NCBI RefSeq assembly: GCF_008831285.2
Contig: NC_045138.2
Location: 17,298,001 to 17,362,000 of the forward strand
Direction: 5' to 3'
DNA from: Nymphaea colorata
Lineage: Eukaryota
DNA length: 64,000 nucleotides
Shown here: positions 26,295 to 39,522 of the stretch, piece by piece
Layout of the letters: every line of letters starts with the position of its first letter
Position numbering within the stretch: the first letter of the stretch is position 1
Notes under the pieces: generated by a model
What the model was told of the DNA's origin: nothing
Databases searched by the model: none
Seen by the model: only the letters and a program-made list of their open reading frames with translations
Position numbers and translations under genes: made by a program

Positions 26295-28077
26295 AATCCG
26301 CTCCAATCATCAAAGTAATAAACTGTTCGGGTTAAGACACATCTCCAAAATATGATGATTTTTCATCCATCATTTTGTCAACATAGGCAGCTTCTTTTTT
26401 TCTTTTTGAAAGTCTGAGCTATTATTTACTGCTAGAAAGCCTTAAATGTGCCTGTTAATTGGTCTAACCATATGAGGTAGGCTTGACGCGTCTTTCATGA
26501 CATAAGCCTTTGAATGGGTGATGAAAATCTGACTTTATCTCCTTTCTCCTTTCTCAAATTGAATGGCTCTTAGGATTAGATTCCCATCCGTGACTTGCCA
26601 AATTGGACTTACTCGGATTATATGTGATTGGATTGAAGTTCAGACTCTATTTTTTACAACTGAATTTGGATCCAACCGGTATAAGATTTTTTTCAGGTCT
26701 GAGTCGAATATGGAACTTGAATCCTGATTTGGATCTGAAAATTACATTTTGTGAAATCTGAAGCGAATTAGTAAAAGCATTTGGATTTGTTTATCAAATT
26801 CAAATAAGCCAATTTGAATCAAATCTATCTAAATCATATTCCCGTCTCTAGGGGTCAAGATTCGTTTGACGTATCCAAGCCAAGAAAGGGATGAAATGTC
26901 ACGTCGAAAGCTACACGGGAACGTAGAGAGAAGTTTCCCCCTAACGTGCAAGACTCGCAAAAAATATCTGTACGGTCTTATTTCACAGTAAGTCTTTATG
27001 GTGCATGCCGACACAGTGTTATAAAGGACAGGCTAGAATGGTTCACAAATTCATCCAATTTTGTTTTTTTTATACATTATCGATCTATTTTAAAACAGAT
27101 TTTGTTAATATTTTTGACCAAGTTATAATGGATTGATTTCACTCATGAATCGGCACAACTCGGACTTGAATCCATTAATTGACGGTGATTTGCCCTAATT
27201 CCTTTCTTTATTTTCTTTGTTTACTTTGCTTTCTAGTTTTTGCTACTTTGAACTTTTGAGTGATCAGGAACTCTAATCGCTGCATCATTTTGCCATGAAA
27301 GGGTCAAATTTTTTGTTGCATGCATGTGAAATTGGAGTTAGTATACGGATTAATAGCTAGACCACAGGTCGCCCATATTAAACTCCTAAAAGCTAAGCAG
27401 TGGGAGAGTGAAACATAGTGCCCATATCAATTGTAACAATGCAGCCAAAACTAAATGTCAGATATGTCATACTATAACACATCATCTTGCAATGATCATG
27501 CCCCACATTTTATTGATGGATTCAGAAACAACATCTGTAACCAGATGATGTTTTCTAAGGGACGGCATAATGTTTCCGGATTATATGTCTAAAGAATAAA
27601 TTGTTGTTCTTAATCAGGCATCGTAGATGTGACCTACTTTCTCATTAGATATCATAGTTTGAGACCTTTTCTCTACACTTAGAATTCTCTTTTATTTTTG
27701 AACCCCAATACAATTCCATCAGAGCATGGCTACCCCAAACTACTGAATGATGTTTTTGTGTTTTTAATTGTTTGATTGGCCGATGTTCAATTAGTAAATC
27801 CTGAGAGGGTTAGTGCAACGGCTTTGGGTGGGAGGCTGGTAGGCTGCCGGTCTCCATTTAAAATGTCAATGGCATCAACTACTTGTATTGCAAAAGGAGG
27901 GTCACTCATGCCAAAGTTAAAGTGTATCGGGGACGACACTCCAAAAGAGAACCGTGTACTATAAGGGGATAAAGGATTAAGTGAGGACGCATGTCCCAAA
28001 AAATTTCGCACTTTGACTTCATATGGAATGCCACCAAAGATCAAATGGAGCCTCTGTATACTATTGACCATACATTA

Positions 28078-28316
28078 GGCCTTGTTTGATGCACAAGAAG
28101 TTTTTTGCATGGTAAAATTATCAATGTAAGAAAGAAAGATTTTTTTATGGAAAAAAAGCTGGACCTCTCTAGGTCTGACTTTTTTGCGGGTGAAGTTTTT
28201 CTGAATTCAATGAAAAGCGCATGGTAAAATTCTTTATGTTTGATGTTGTAGGGAAAAACCATACAAATTTGAAAAAAAAACCCACACAATATGTTTCTTG
28301 TGCATCGAATGGGGCC
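28078..28316. mobile_element. Tourist-like (PIF/Harbinger) MITE, 239 bp, in the B1 promoter
   Basis: Imperfect TIRs GGCCTTGTTTGATGCACAAGAA / TTCTTGTGCATCGAATGGGGCC; TTA TSD (28075-77, 28317-19); empty site GACCATACTTTAATATTTAC upstream of B2-B5. Confidence 0.92.
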
Positions 28317-28555
28317 TTAATATTTACAAGGTTTTACCCCATTAGATGCACTTTGTCATCCTTCAAATAACCACAGTTTATATTTACTGTATAGCTTACC
28401 ATGGCTCCAAATAGTAAAAATGAGCAGTGACATGAAATCATTCTAAGAATATCTAAGGGCATATTGGCCATGAAGCAAAAGTTGCAACCTATAAATGGAC
28501 GTTGCCCCTGCATTGCTTTGATATCGTAAGAACTTCGGTGCAGTGAAGGTCTCCT

Positions 28556-29347
28556 ATGGCTCTTAGCTGCCAAGCAGTCTTTCTGGTGTGGGTGGCGGCC
28601 ATGGCTGCCGGGCTGGCTGTGGCTCAGGCAACCACAGTCCGAGCCACCTACCACTACTACCGCCCTGTCCGTAAAAACTGGGACCTCACTGCTGCAGGAG
28701 CATATTGCGCCACTTATGATGCCGGGAAGCCGCTAGCCTGGCGCCAGAGGTTCAAATGGACTGCCTTCTGCGGTCCAGACGGGCCTGGATTCCCCGGTGC
28801 CTGTGGAAAATGTTTACAGGTGAGGGTAAAGTAATCCTTAGAGTATACATATTAAATGGCATTAGATTCAGCCCCTTTGAAACATTTCATGCCTAAAAGA
28901 TAGGAATATATGAAGCATTTTCTTTTTATGAGGATGCCCATATCTAACTAAGCAGATCTCTGCCAGTTTAAGCCAAGACAAGCACCATGGTAATTGAAAT
29001 ATTATTGACCTCCTTTACTTCAAGGGGTGTGGCTCAACAGGTTCGGCCGGCGGCTCATCGGCAGCCAGTCACTGGTTCAAATCTTAGGTCATGGGCATGC
29101 AACAAATTAAGTTTCTTATCAATGGATGTGTACCAAAATTAGCACGATGACCTAAGTTGAAGAAGGTTTTTTGATTCAGGTGACGAACCAAGCAACAGGA
29201 TCGCAGCTGAAGGTGAGGATAGTGGACCAGTGCGCTAATGGAGGACTGGACTTGGACTGGTCTGCATTCAAGCAATTGGACACCAATGGCAACGGCTATC
29301 AACAAGGGCATCTCATGGTAGACTACCAATTTGTAAGCTGTGCTTGA
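28556..29347 (+). CDS. PR4: PR-4 class II Barwin-domain protein, copy B1 (143 aa); exons 28556-28819, 29180-29347
   Basis: [122 protein letters not shown] at 28490 and AATAAA downstream. Confidence 0.96.
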
Positions 29348-31405
29348 GTGACTAAATGGGCAGGAGGAGAAGGCAGCCCTAGCTGCTCACTAGCAGCAAT
29401 ATGTATCAATAAAGATGCCTTCTTCATAAAACAAAAACTCTCTCTCTCTCTTTCTCATGGTCGTATGATTGCCTCGGATCTTATATCTAAGGTTGAATTT
29501 TAATCCATGTGAGGTGAAATTCACATTTTAAGCAAGCAACAGATTTAACAACTGTGGTATAAAATAATTACCTTATGTGGTAGCTTTAGATCTCATATGG
29601 GTCCCGCAAAATTCAGATCGGACAATATCAAACTTATCCTAAATGTCTTTTATGGGGCACGTGGTGAATTTTCAACCAATTTTTTTTTTTTTTCGCGGGG
29701 GGTGGCTCAAAAAACATATTTTAAAAAAATTTTATATAGGTAAACTAAAATTTTAAAATTTTATATATAAAAATACGAATTCTAGAAAAACTGATATACC
29801 AAGTAGCCCTCTTCCCAAATATTAGACTTATGTATATGGTTAGCTCAAACATGTGATATTTGTTTACATTTAATAGGAAGAGCCATTCCAGAAAATGAAT
29901 TTGTGCGACAATGGAAGACTTTGCCAGTCGATGATTCACTACAACAATATGGTCAAACAAGATTCATCAAGGCATTATCAAAGGCAATCTGTGTGTGTGT
30001 GTGTGTGTGTGTGCACGCACGCGTGCGTGCGTTAACAAGCCAAGTCAATGTAGTGTATAGTCTGAAGATGACTCCACACCATTTCAGTATTATTGGTGAG
30101 ACAAATTTTGCTAAATTATTTTCCATAATGCATGGAACCGCTAAAATCACAATTGAAGCTTGCCCAACATAATGGGCCATTAATTCGAACAATGAACTTG
30201 TTTGAAATTGAAAGAATAGGAAAGACATGTTTTTGTTCCAAAAACAAACCAAAAAAAAAAGTTGATATGATTATGCTCAATTTTGTATTCATGGATTCAG
30301 AAGCAACATCTATAATGACGTCATGTTTTCTAAAAGAATAACATATTATATATCTAAAAGATAAAATGTTCTTCTTATCAAACACTCTCTTTTAAGGTTG
30401 TTCAAAATTTCAAATAACCACAAGTTATATCTATTGTATATCCTACCATGTCTAAAAATAGTAAAAATGGGCAGTGACATGAAACCATTCTAAAAAACCT
30501 ATGGGCACATTGGCCATTAAGCAAGCGGTACAACCTACGTACATTAGCTCCCCAGTGAGACATATTTTCTTCATTATAATATAAATATATATTTATATAT
30601 GTATTTTATTTTATTTATTGTGTGTGTATCTAAAGAAAAAAGTCCTCGAGTTGTCAATTTCCTTCCCTCGACCGAAGTCGTTGCTGTATCATTCTTAACT
30701 GGAAAGTTAAGGGGCATTATAGGAACTAACTTCAGTTCTCCACGGCGGCCCGCTGCCTGACGAGGGCCAGTGGAATCTGCCTTCATCATCTTGTCATAAA
30801 TTATCAAAAAGGGACATCTTGGCCCGATCTGGGCCTCCAAAAGTCATTGTGTAAGTGCTTTTTTTTTTTTTTCATATGAGTGATGTTAAATTTATGATTA
30901 CATTTATTATTGATATTATTAGAAAACAATGGTCATAAATATTTTTAAATTTTGTGTGTGCGTGTGTGTGTAGGGCGGAGCAAGGGCCGTTGGCCTTCCT
31001 TAAAAAAAATTAAAAATTACGTATAAATTTTAAGATAAATTATTTATCTTACATAAAAAATTTATATTTTGGTTTCTATTAAAATTTTGAAACTAAAATT
31101 TCTAACCTAACTCCTACTTAAGCTGAAGAAGGCTCCATACCATCTTGGTTTTAATAGTGAGACAAATTTTGCCAAGTTCTTTTTCCACAGCGCATGAAAC
31201 CGCTAAAATCTCTACTATAGCTTTCCCAACATAAGGGGTCATTAATTTGAACAATGAACTTGTTTGTTATTGAAAGAAAGGGATTGCATTAAGCTTGATA
31301 AGTTCGAGGGTTGATCATTTTTAGAATTCGTCCGCAGCTTGTCTCAGTCTCATTGCTGTCTGTGCACCCTTTAGCAGATCAACAGCTATCCCTCGATTGA
31401 TTTTA

Positions 31406-33220
31406 GATGTTGTTTGATAAACATACAATATAGTTTCATTAGTATGAAAACTGGCTCAAGCATGCCAATTGGCAATTAACCAATGTAATTGATAATACTA
31501 AAAAAAAAAAGCAATTTCCTCAATATGGAAACTGCCTTCAATGATAGACTATTTATTTTGTTTTCTTTAAAGTTTTTACACAACACCATGACTTGATAAA
31601 GTGTTAATGGTCAATTTTCTTTTTGAGTGTGAGCAGCTTCACATGCTCAATCAACAGCGATCACTTCCTCTCTCCTTTTAAGAGTAATACTTCTGTTCCA
31701 CTCTCACAAATAAAGCTAAGACATCTGAAACGTTGAAATTTTATTTAGTTGCATGAATAACTAGTCTCATTTTTAAAATATAACATGGATGAAGATCTTC
31801 AGTAAAATTCAGAAAGGTGTTAAATCCAAAACATTGCCACCTACATTTATGTACTAGAGATGAATATGGCTGAGAGTAGCTTTTTTGGATCTTGATCAAG
31901 TCTTTCGGAAATAGATGAGTGAGAATAGCAGGCTATGTCAACTAAATGTGTGGTACCACGGGTGCAAGTGCCGGTGCGAATGCCGGAACGGCACATCTCA
32001 AAAAATTTAAGTGCAGCAGTGCAGTGAAGATATTTTATTTTTAAAAAAAAATTATTATATATATAACAGAATAAGCATTTATATATTATTATTACAATTT
32101 AGTTATTAATGTATATAACATACTAAAATAATTATATTGCATAGAAAAATATCAAAACAACATATATTATATAAGTAATTGGTAATATGACATTTTAACT
32201 GGCCTCGGGTGTGAGTCGAAGCCGCACCCATGTCCGGTGTGCACCCGACTCGATGCGACTCGGGTGCGGCAGTAAAATAAAAAAGTCCGAGTGACTTAGA
32301 TAGCAGGCTACGAATGCTAGAGGAAATTGGCAACATGTGAGAACCAGCACACCCTATGTTTCAAATGCAAGTGCATGTGAAATGTAAAAGTGGTCAAGTA
32401 TGAAACCTATTTCAAGACCCAGTAGAGTCATACAGCACAGTATTATCACCGAATTACCTTAGGGCTCCTATCAACCGCATCTCCCTGTGCTGCGGTATCA
32501 TCGATCAACTTCAACACGTTAGTCAAAAATAATTCGTACAATACCTTATTTAGCAACATACAAATTACGTTTGCAAAAACAAGTTATTGCACATCAAAAC
32601 TCATAGACGATTATTATAGCTGGCATTCTGAGGTAAGTATCTATATACATCTAAAAATGCAGCAGAAGCTTGTACAAGTTCTTTTTGTTGCTTCCATGGT
32701 TAATCCACCAACCCATACTTCGCGGACTATCGGCACATTAATCATCAGAATCGTCACTTTCACTTCTAACAGGATCATCATCAGCCCCTCTTGTACCAGT
32801 ATTCTCTGGCTTCTCAGGTGGTGCATGTCTGTTTTTAGCGCCAACGTCATTGGCATCTTCATGCTCCGTAGCTTCAGTGCGTGAACTGCGATTTGTCAAG
32901 GTCTAACAAGAAATTTAAATGAAGTAACCTACTAGGAGAAAGTCCAAAGAACCAACAATACAGAAACCAAGACGAATCTGAATCCCAGGAAGAACACATT
33001 TTTTTATATTGACATAGCCTCCTGATTCTGAGGCACACAATCACAGAACCAGTGGAGATGCTCAAAAAGGGAAAAAAATACTGTATAGATCGTATCACAG
33101 AAAAAAAAAAAGATGACATGAAAAAGGATATCTACATTCTCTGTGGTACCACGATATGTGAGAATGTTGACAATATCTCTCTCTCTCAAGAATAAATTGT
33201 TGTTCTTATCAAACACTCTT
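31406..33220. mobile_element. Same Tourist-like MITE at the paralogous site, expanded to ~1.8 kb by internal foreign DNA; repeated in each tandem unit
   Basis: Both flanks align with those of 21504-21721; ends GATGTTGTTTGATAA / CTTATCAAACACTCTT with TTA on both sides. Confidence 0.7.
31933..32299. mobile_element. hAT-type MITE, 367 bp, nested in the above; repeated in each unit
   Basis: 8-bp direct repeat ATAGCAGG at 31925-31932 and 32300-32307; imperfect termini CTATGTCAACT / AGTGACTTAG; GC-rich subterminal GGTGC/GCACCC motifs around an AT core. Confidence 0.8.
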
Positions 33221-34039
33221 TTAAGGCTGCAACAGCTGGTAGAAGTCTAGTTTGAAGATTTTGTTAGTTTCCAAAGTACCAAAGCTGATTCTAATCTGCC
33301 AATACTTATTTGCTGTCCTGGACTTGATTATTTTGCAATCTTAATCAGGCATCGTAGATGTGACATACTTTCTCATTAGAGATCAAAGTTTGAGACCTTT
33401 TCTCTACACTAAGAATTCTCTTTTATTGTTAAACCCCAATAAAATTTCATCATAGCATGACTACCCCAAACTACTGAATGATGTTTTTTGGGTTTTTAAT
33501 TGTTTGACTGGCCGATGTTCGATTAGTAAATCATGAGAGGGTTTATGCCATGGCTTTGGGTGGGGGGTTAGTAGGCAGCTGATCTCCATTTCAAATGTCA
33601 ATGGCATCAACTACTTATACTGCAAAAGGAAGGTCACCGACGCCAAAGTTGAAGCGTACCAGGGACATAAAGGATTAAGTGGGAGCTTCAGCTCTTTGAC
33701 AATGGGTGTGTGACGCATCTCCCCTCCAATTTAGCACTTTCACTTCATATGGAATGCCACCAATCAATAAAGTTCTGTGTAGACTGTAGACCATACTTTA
33801 ATATTTACATCAAGGTTTTACCCCATTAGATGCACTTTGTCATCCTTCAAATAACCACAGTCTATATTTACTGTATAGCTTACCATGGCTCCAAATAGTA
33901 AAAATGAGCAGTGACATGAAATCATTCTAAGAATATCTAAGGGCATATTGGCCATGAAGCAAAAGTTGCAACCTATAAATGGACGTTGCCCCTGCATTGC
34001 TTTGATATCGTAAGAACTTCGGTGCAGTGAAGGTCTCCT

Positions 34040-34831
34040 ATGGCTCTTAGCTGCCAAGCAGTCTTTCTGGTGTGGGTGGCGGCCATGGCTGCCGGGCTGG
34101 CTGTGGCTCAGGCAACCACAGTCCGAGCCACCTACCACTACTACCGCCCTGTCCGTAAAAACTGGGACCTCACTGCTGCAGGAGCATATTGCGCCACTTA
34201 TGATGCCGGGAAGCCGCTAGCCTGGCGCCAGAGGTTCAAATGGACTGCCTTCTGCGGTCCAGACGGGCCTGGATTCCCCGGTGCCTGTGGAAAATGTTTA
34301 CAGGTGAGGGTAAAGTAATCCTTAGAGTATACATATTAAATGGCATTAGATTCAGCCCCTTTGAAACATTTCATGCCTAAAAGATAGGAATATATGAAGC
34401 ATTTTCTTTTTATGAGGATGCCCATATCTAACTAAGCAGATCTCTGCCAGTTTAAGCCAAGACAAGCACCATGGTAATTGAAATATTATTGACCTCCTTT
34501 ACTTCAAGGGGTGTGGCTCAACAGGTTCGGCCGGCGGCTCATCGGCAGCCAGTCACTGGTTCAAATCTTAGGTCATGGGCATGCAACAAATTAAGTTTCT
34601 TATCAATGGATGTGTACCAAAATTAGCACGATGACCTAAGTTGAAGAAGGTTTTTTGATTCAGGTGACGAACCAAGCAACAGGATCGCAGCTGAAGGTGA
34701 GGATAGTGGACCAGTGCGCTAATGGAGGACTGGACTTGGACTGGTCTGCATTCAAGCAATTGGACACCAATGGCAACGGCTATCAACAAGGGCATCTCAT
34801 GGTAGACTACCAATTTGTAAGCTGTGCTTGA
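34040..34831 (+). CDS. PR4: PR-4 copy B2; exons 34040-34303, 34664-34831
   Basis: Coding sequence identical to B1, offset 5484 bp. Confidence 0.94.
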
Positions 34832-37800
34832 GTGACTAAATGGGCAGGAGGAGAAGGCAGCCCTAGCTGCTCACTAGCAGCAATATGTATCAATAAAGAT
34901 GCCTTCTTCATAAAACAAAAACTCTCTCTCTCTCTTTCTCATGGTCGTATGATTGCCTCGGATCTTATATCTAAGGTTGAATTTTAATCCATGTGAGGTG
35001 AAATTCACATTTTAAGCAAGCAACAGATTTAACAACTGTGGTATAAAATAATTACCTTATGTGGTAGCTTTAGATCTCATATGGGTCCCGCAAAATTCAG
35101 ATCGGACAATATCAAACTTATCCTAAATGTCTTTTATGGGGCACGTGGTGAATTTTCAACCAATTTTTTTTTTTTTTCGCGGGGGGTGGCTCAAAAAACA
35201 TATTTTAAAAAAATTTTATATAGGTAAACTAAAATTTTAAAATTTTATATATAAAAATACGAATTCTAGAAAAACTGATATACCAAGTAGCCCTCTTCCC
35301 AAATATTAGACTTATGTATATGGTTAGCTCAAACATGTGATATTTGTTTACATTTAATAGGAAGAGCCATTCCAGAAAATGAATTTGTGCGACAATGGAA
35401 GACTTTGCCAGTCGATGATTCACTACAACAATATGGTCAAACAAGATTCATCAAGGCATTATCAAAGGCAATCTGTGTGTGTGTGTGTGTGTGTGTGCAC
35501 GCACGCGTGCGTGCGTTAACAAGCCAAGTCAATGTAGTGTATAGTCTGAAGATGACTCCACACCATTTCAGTATTATTGGTGAGACAAATTTTGCTAAAT
35601 TATTTTCCATAATGCATGGAACCGCTAAAATCACAATTGAAGCTTGCCCAACATAATGGGCCATTAATTCGAACAATGAACTTGTTTGAAATTGAAAGAA
35701 TAGGAAAGACATGTTTTTGTTCCAAAAACAAACCAAAAAAAAAGTTGATATGATTATGCTCAATTTTGTATTCATGGATTCAGAAGCAACATCTATAATG
35801 ACGTCATGTTTTCTAAAAGAATAACATATTATATATCTAAAAGATAAAATGTTCTTCTTATCAAACACTCTCTTTTAAGGTTGTTCAAAATTTCAAATAA
35901 CCACAAGTTATATCTATTGTATATCCTACCATGTCTAAAAATAGTAAAAATGGGCAGTGACATGAAACCATTCTAAAAAACCTATGGGCACATTGGCCAT
36001 TAAGCAAGCGGTACAACCTACGTACATTAGCTCCCCAGTGAGACATATTTTCTTCATTATAATATAAATATATATTTATATATGTATTTTATTTTATTTA
36101 TTGTGTGTGTATCTAAAGAAAAAAGTCCTCGAGTTGTCAATTTCCTTCCCTCGACCGAAGTCGTTGCTGTATCATTCTTAACTGGAAAGTTAAGGGGCAT
36201 TATAGGAACTAACTTCAGTTCTCCACGGCGGCCCGCTGCCTGACGAGGGCCAGTGGAATCTGCCTTCATCATCTTGTCATAAATTATCAAAAAGGGACAT
36301 CTTGGCCCGATCTGGGCCTCCAAAAGTCATTGTGTAAGTGCTTTTTTTTTTTTTCATATGAGTGATGTTAAATTTATGATTACATTTATTATTGATATTA
36401 TTAGAAAACAATGGTCATAAATATTTTTAAATTTTGTGTGTGCGTGTGTGTGTAGGGCGGAGCAAGGGCCGTTGGCCTTCCTTAAAAAAAATTAAAAATT
36501 ACGTATAAATTTTAAGATAAATTATTTATCTTACATAAAAAATTTATATTTTGGTTTCTATTAAAATTTTGAAACTAAAATTTCTAACCTAACTCCTACT
36601 TAAGCTGAAGAAGGCTCCATACCATCTTGGTTTTAATAGTGAGACAAATTTTGCCAAGTTCTTTTTCCACAGCGCATGAAACCGCTAAAATCTCTACTAT
36701 AGCTTTCCCAACATAAGGGGTCATTAATTTGAACAATGAACTTGTTTGTTATTGAAAGAAAGGGATTGCATTAAGCTTGATAAGTTCGAGGGTTGATCAT
36801 TTTTAGAATTCGTCCGCAGCTTGTCTCAGTCTCATTGCTGTCTGTGCACCCTTTAGCAGATCAACAGCTATCCCTCGATTGATTTTAGATGTTGTTTGAT
36901 AAACATACAATATAGTTTCATTAGTATGAAAACTGGCTCAAGCATGCCAATTGGCAATTAACCAATGTAATTGATAATACTAAAAAAAAAAAGCAATTTC
37001 CTCAATATGGAAACTGCCTTCAATGATAGACTATTTATTTTGTTTTCTTTAAAGTTTTTACACAACACCATGACTTGATAAAGTGTTAATGGTCAATTTT
37101 CTTTTTGAGTGTGAGCAGCTTCACATGCTCAATCAACAGCGATCACTTCCTCTCTCCTTTTAAGAGTAATACTTCTGTTCCACTCTCACAAATAAAGCTA
37201 AGACATCTGAAACGTTGAAATTTTATTTAGTTGCATGAATAACTAGTCTCATTTTTAAAATATAACATGGATGAAGATCTTCAGTAAAATTCAGAAAGGT
37301 GTTAAATCCAAAACATTGCCACCTACATTTATGTACTAGAGATGAATATGGCTGAGAGTAGCTTTTTTGGATCTTGATCAAGTCTTTCGGAAATAGATGA
37401 GTGAGAATAGCAGGCTATGTCAACTAAATGTGTGGTACCACGGGTGCAAGTGCCGGTGCGAATGCCGGAACGGCACATCTCAAAAAATTTAAGTGCAGCA
37501 GTGCAGTGAAGATATTTTATTTTTAAAAAAAAAATTATTATATATATAACAGAATAAGCATTTATATATTATTATTACAATTTAGTTATTAATGTATATA
37601 ACATACTAAAATAATTATATTGCATAGAAAAATATCAAAACAACATATATTATATAAGTAATTGGTAATATGACATTTTAACTGGCCTCGGGTGTGAGTC
37701 GAAGCCGCACCCATGTCCGGTGTGCACCCGACTCGATGCGACTCGGGTGCGGCAGTAAAATAAAAAAGTCCGAGTGACTTAGATAGCAGGCTACGAATGC

Positions 37801-39522
37801 TAGAGGAAATTGGCAACATGTGAGAACCAGCACACCCTATGTTTCAAATGCAAGTGCATGTGAAATGTAAAAGTGGTCAAGTATGAAACCTATTTCAAGA
37901 CCCAGTAGAGTCATACAGCACAGTATTATCACCGAATTACCTTAGGGCTCCTATCAACCGCATCTCCCTGTGCTGCGGTATCATCGATCAACTTCAACAC
38001 GTTAGTCAAAAATAATTCGTACAATACCTTATTTAGCAACATACAAATTACGTTTGCAAAAACAAGTTATTGCACATCAAAACTCATAGACGATTATTAT
38101 AGCTGGCATTCTGAGGTAAGTATCTATATACATCTAAAAATGCAGCAGAAGCTTGTACAAGTTCTTTTTGTTGCTTCCATGGTTAATCCACCAACCCATA
38201 CTTCGCGGACTATCGGCACATTAATCATCAGAATCGTCACTTTCACTTCTAACAGGATCATCATCAGCCCCTCTTGTACCAGTATTCTCTGGCTTCTCAG
38301 GTGGTGCATGTCTGTTTTTAGCGCCAACGTCATTGGCATCTTCATGCTCCGTAGCTTCAGTGCGTGAACTGCGATTTGTCAAGGTCTAACAAGAAATTTA
38401 AATGAAGTAACCTACTAGGAGAAAGTCCAAAGAACCAACAATACAGAAACCAAGACGAATCTGAATCCCAGGAAGAACACATTTTTTTATATTGACATAG
38501 CCTCCTGATTCTGAGGCACACAATCACAGAACCAGTGGAGATGCTCAAAAAGGGAAAAAAATACTGTATAGATCGTATCACAGAAAAAAAAAAAGATGAC
38601 ATGAAAAAGGATATCTACATTCTCTGTGGTACCACGATATGTGAGAATGTTGACAATATCTCTCTCTCTCAAGAATAAATTGTTGTTCTTATCAAACACT
38701 CTTTTAAGGCTGCAACAGCTGGTAGAAGTCTAGTTTGAAGATTTTGTTAGTTTCCAAAGTACCAAAGCTGATTCTAATCTGCCAATACTTATTTGCTGTC
38801 CTGGACTTGATTATTTTGCAATCTTAATCAGGCATCGTAGATGTGACATACTTTCTCATTAGAGATCAAAGTTTGAGACCTTTTCTCTACACTAAGAATT
38901 CTCTTTTATTGTTAAACCCCAATAAAATTTCATCATAGCATGACTACCCCAAACTACTGAATGATGTTTTTTGGGTTTTTAATTGTTTGACTGGCCGATG
39001 TTCGATTAGTAAATCATGAGAGGGTTTATGCCATGGCTTTGGGTGGGGGGTTAGTAGGCAGCTGATCTCCATTTCAAATGTCAATGGCATCAACTACTTA
39101 TACTGCAAAAGGAAGGTCACCGACGCCAAAGTTGAAGCGTACCAGGGACATAAAGGATTAAGTGGGAGCTTCAGCTCTTTGACAATGGGTGTGTGACGCA
39201 TCTCCCCTCCAATTTAGCACTTTCACTTCATATGGAATGCCACCAATCAATAAAGTTCTGTGTAGACTGTAGACCATACTTTAATATTTACATCAAGGTT
39301 TTACCCCATTAGATGCACTTTGTCATCCTTCAAATAACCACAGTCTATATTTACTGTATAGCTTACCATGGCTCCAAATAGTAAAAATGAGCAGTGACAT
39401 GAAATCATTCTAAGAATATCTAAGGGCATATTGGCCATGAAGCAAAAGTTGCAACCTATAAATGGACGTTGCCCCTGCATTGCTTTGATATCGTAAGAAC
39501 TTCGGTGCAGTGAAGGTCTCCT

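Noticed and set aside
29024..29090. Functional tRNA gene in the intron
   Set aside because: Has A/B boxes but no convincing cloverleaf; treated as a SINE head.
28334..29329. Minus-strand ORFs over PR-4 genes (also 18235, 23638 and repeat copies)
   Set aside because: Antisense shadows of PR-4 exons; they recur only because the DNA is duplicated.
35437..35868. 143-aa ORF present in units 2 and 4 but split in units 1 and 3
   Set aside because: Depends on a homopolymer length and spans SSR and MITE sequence; no domain.
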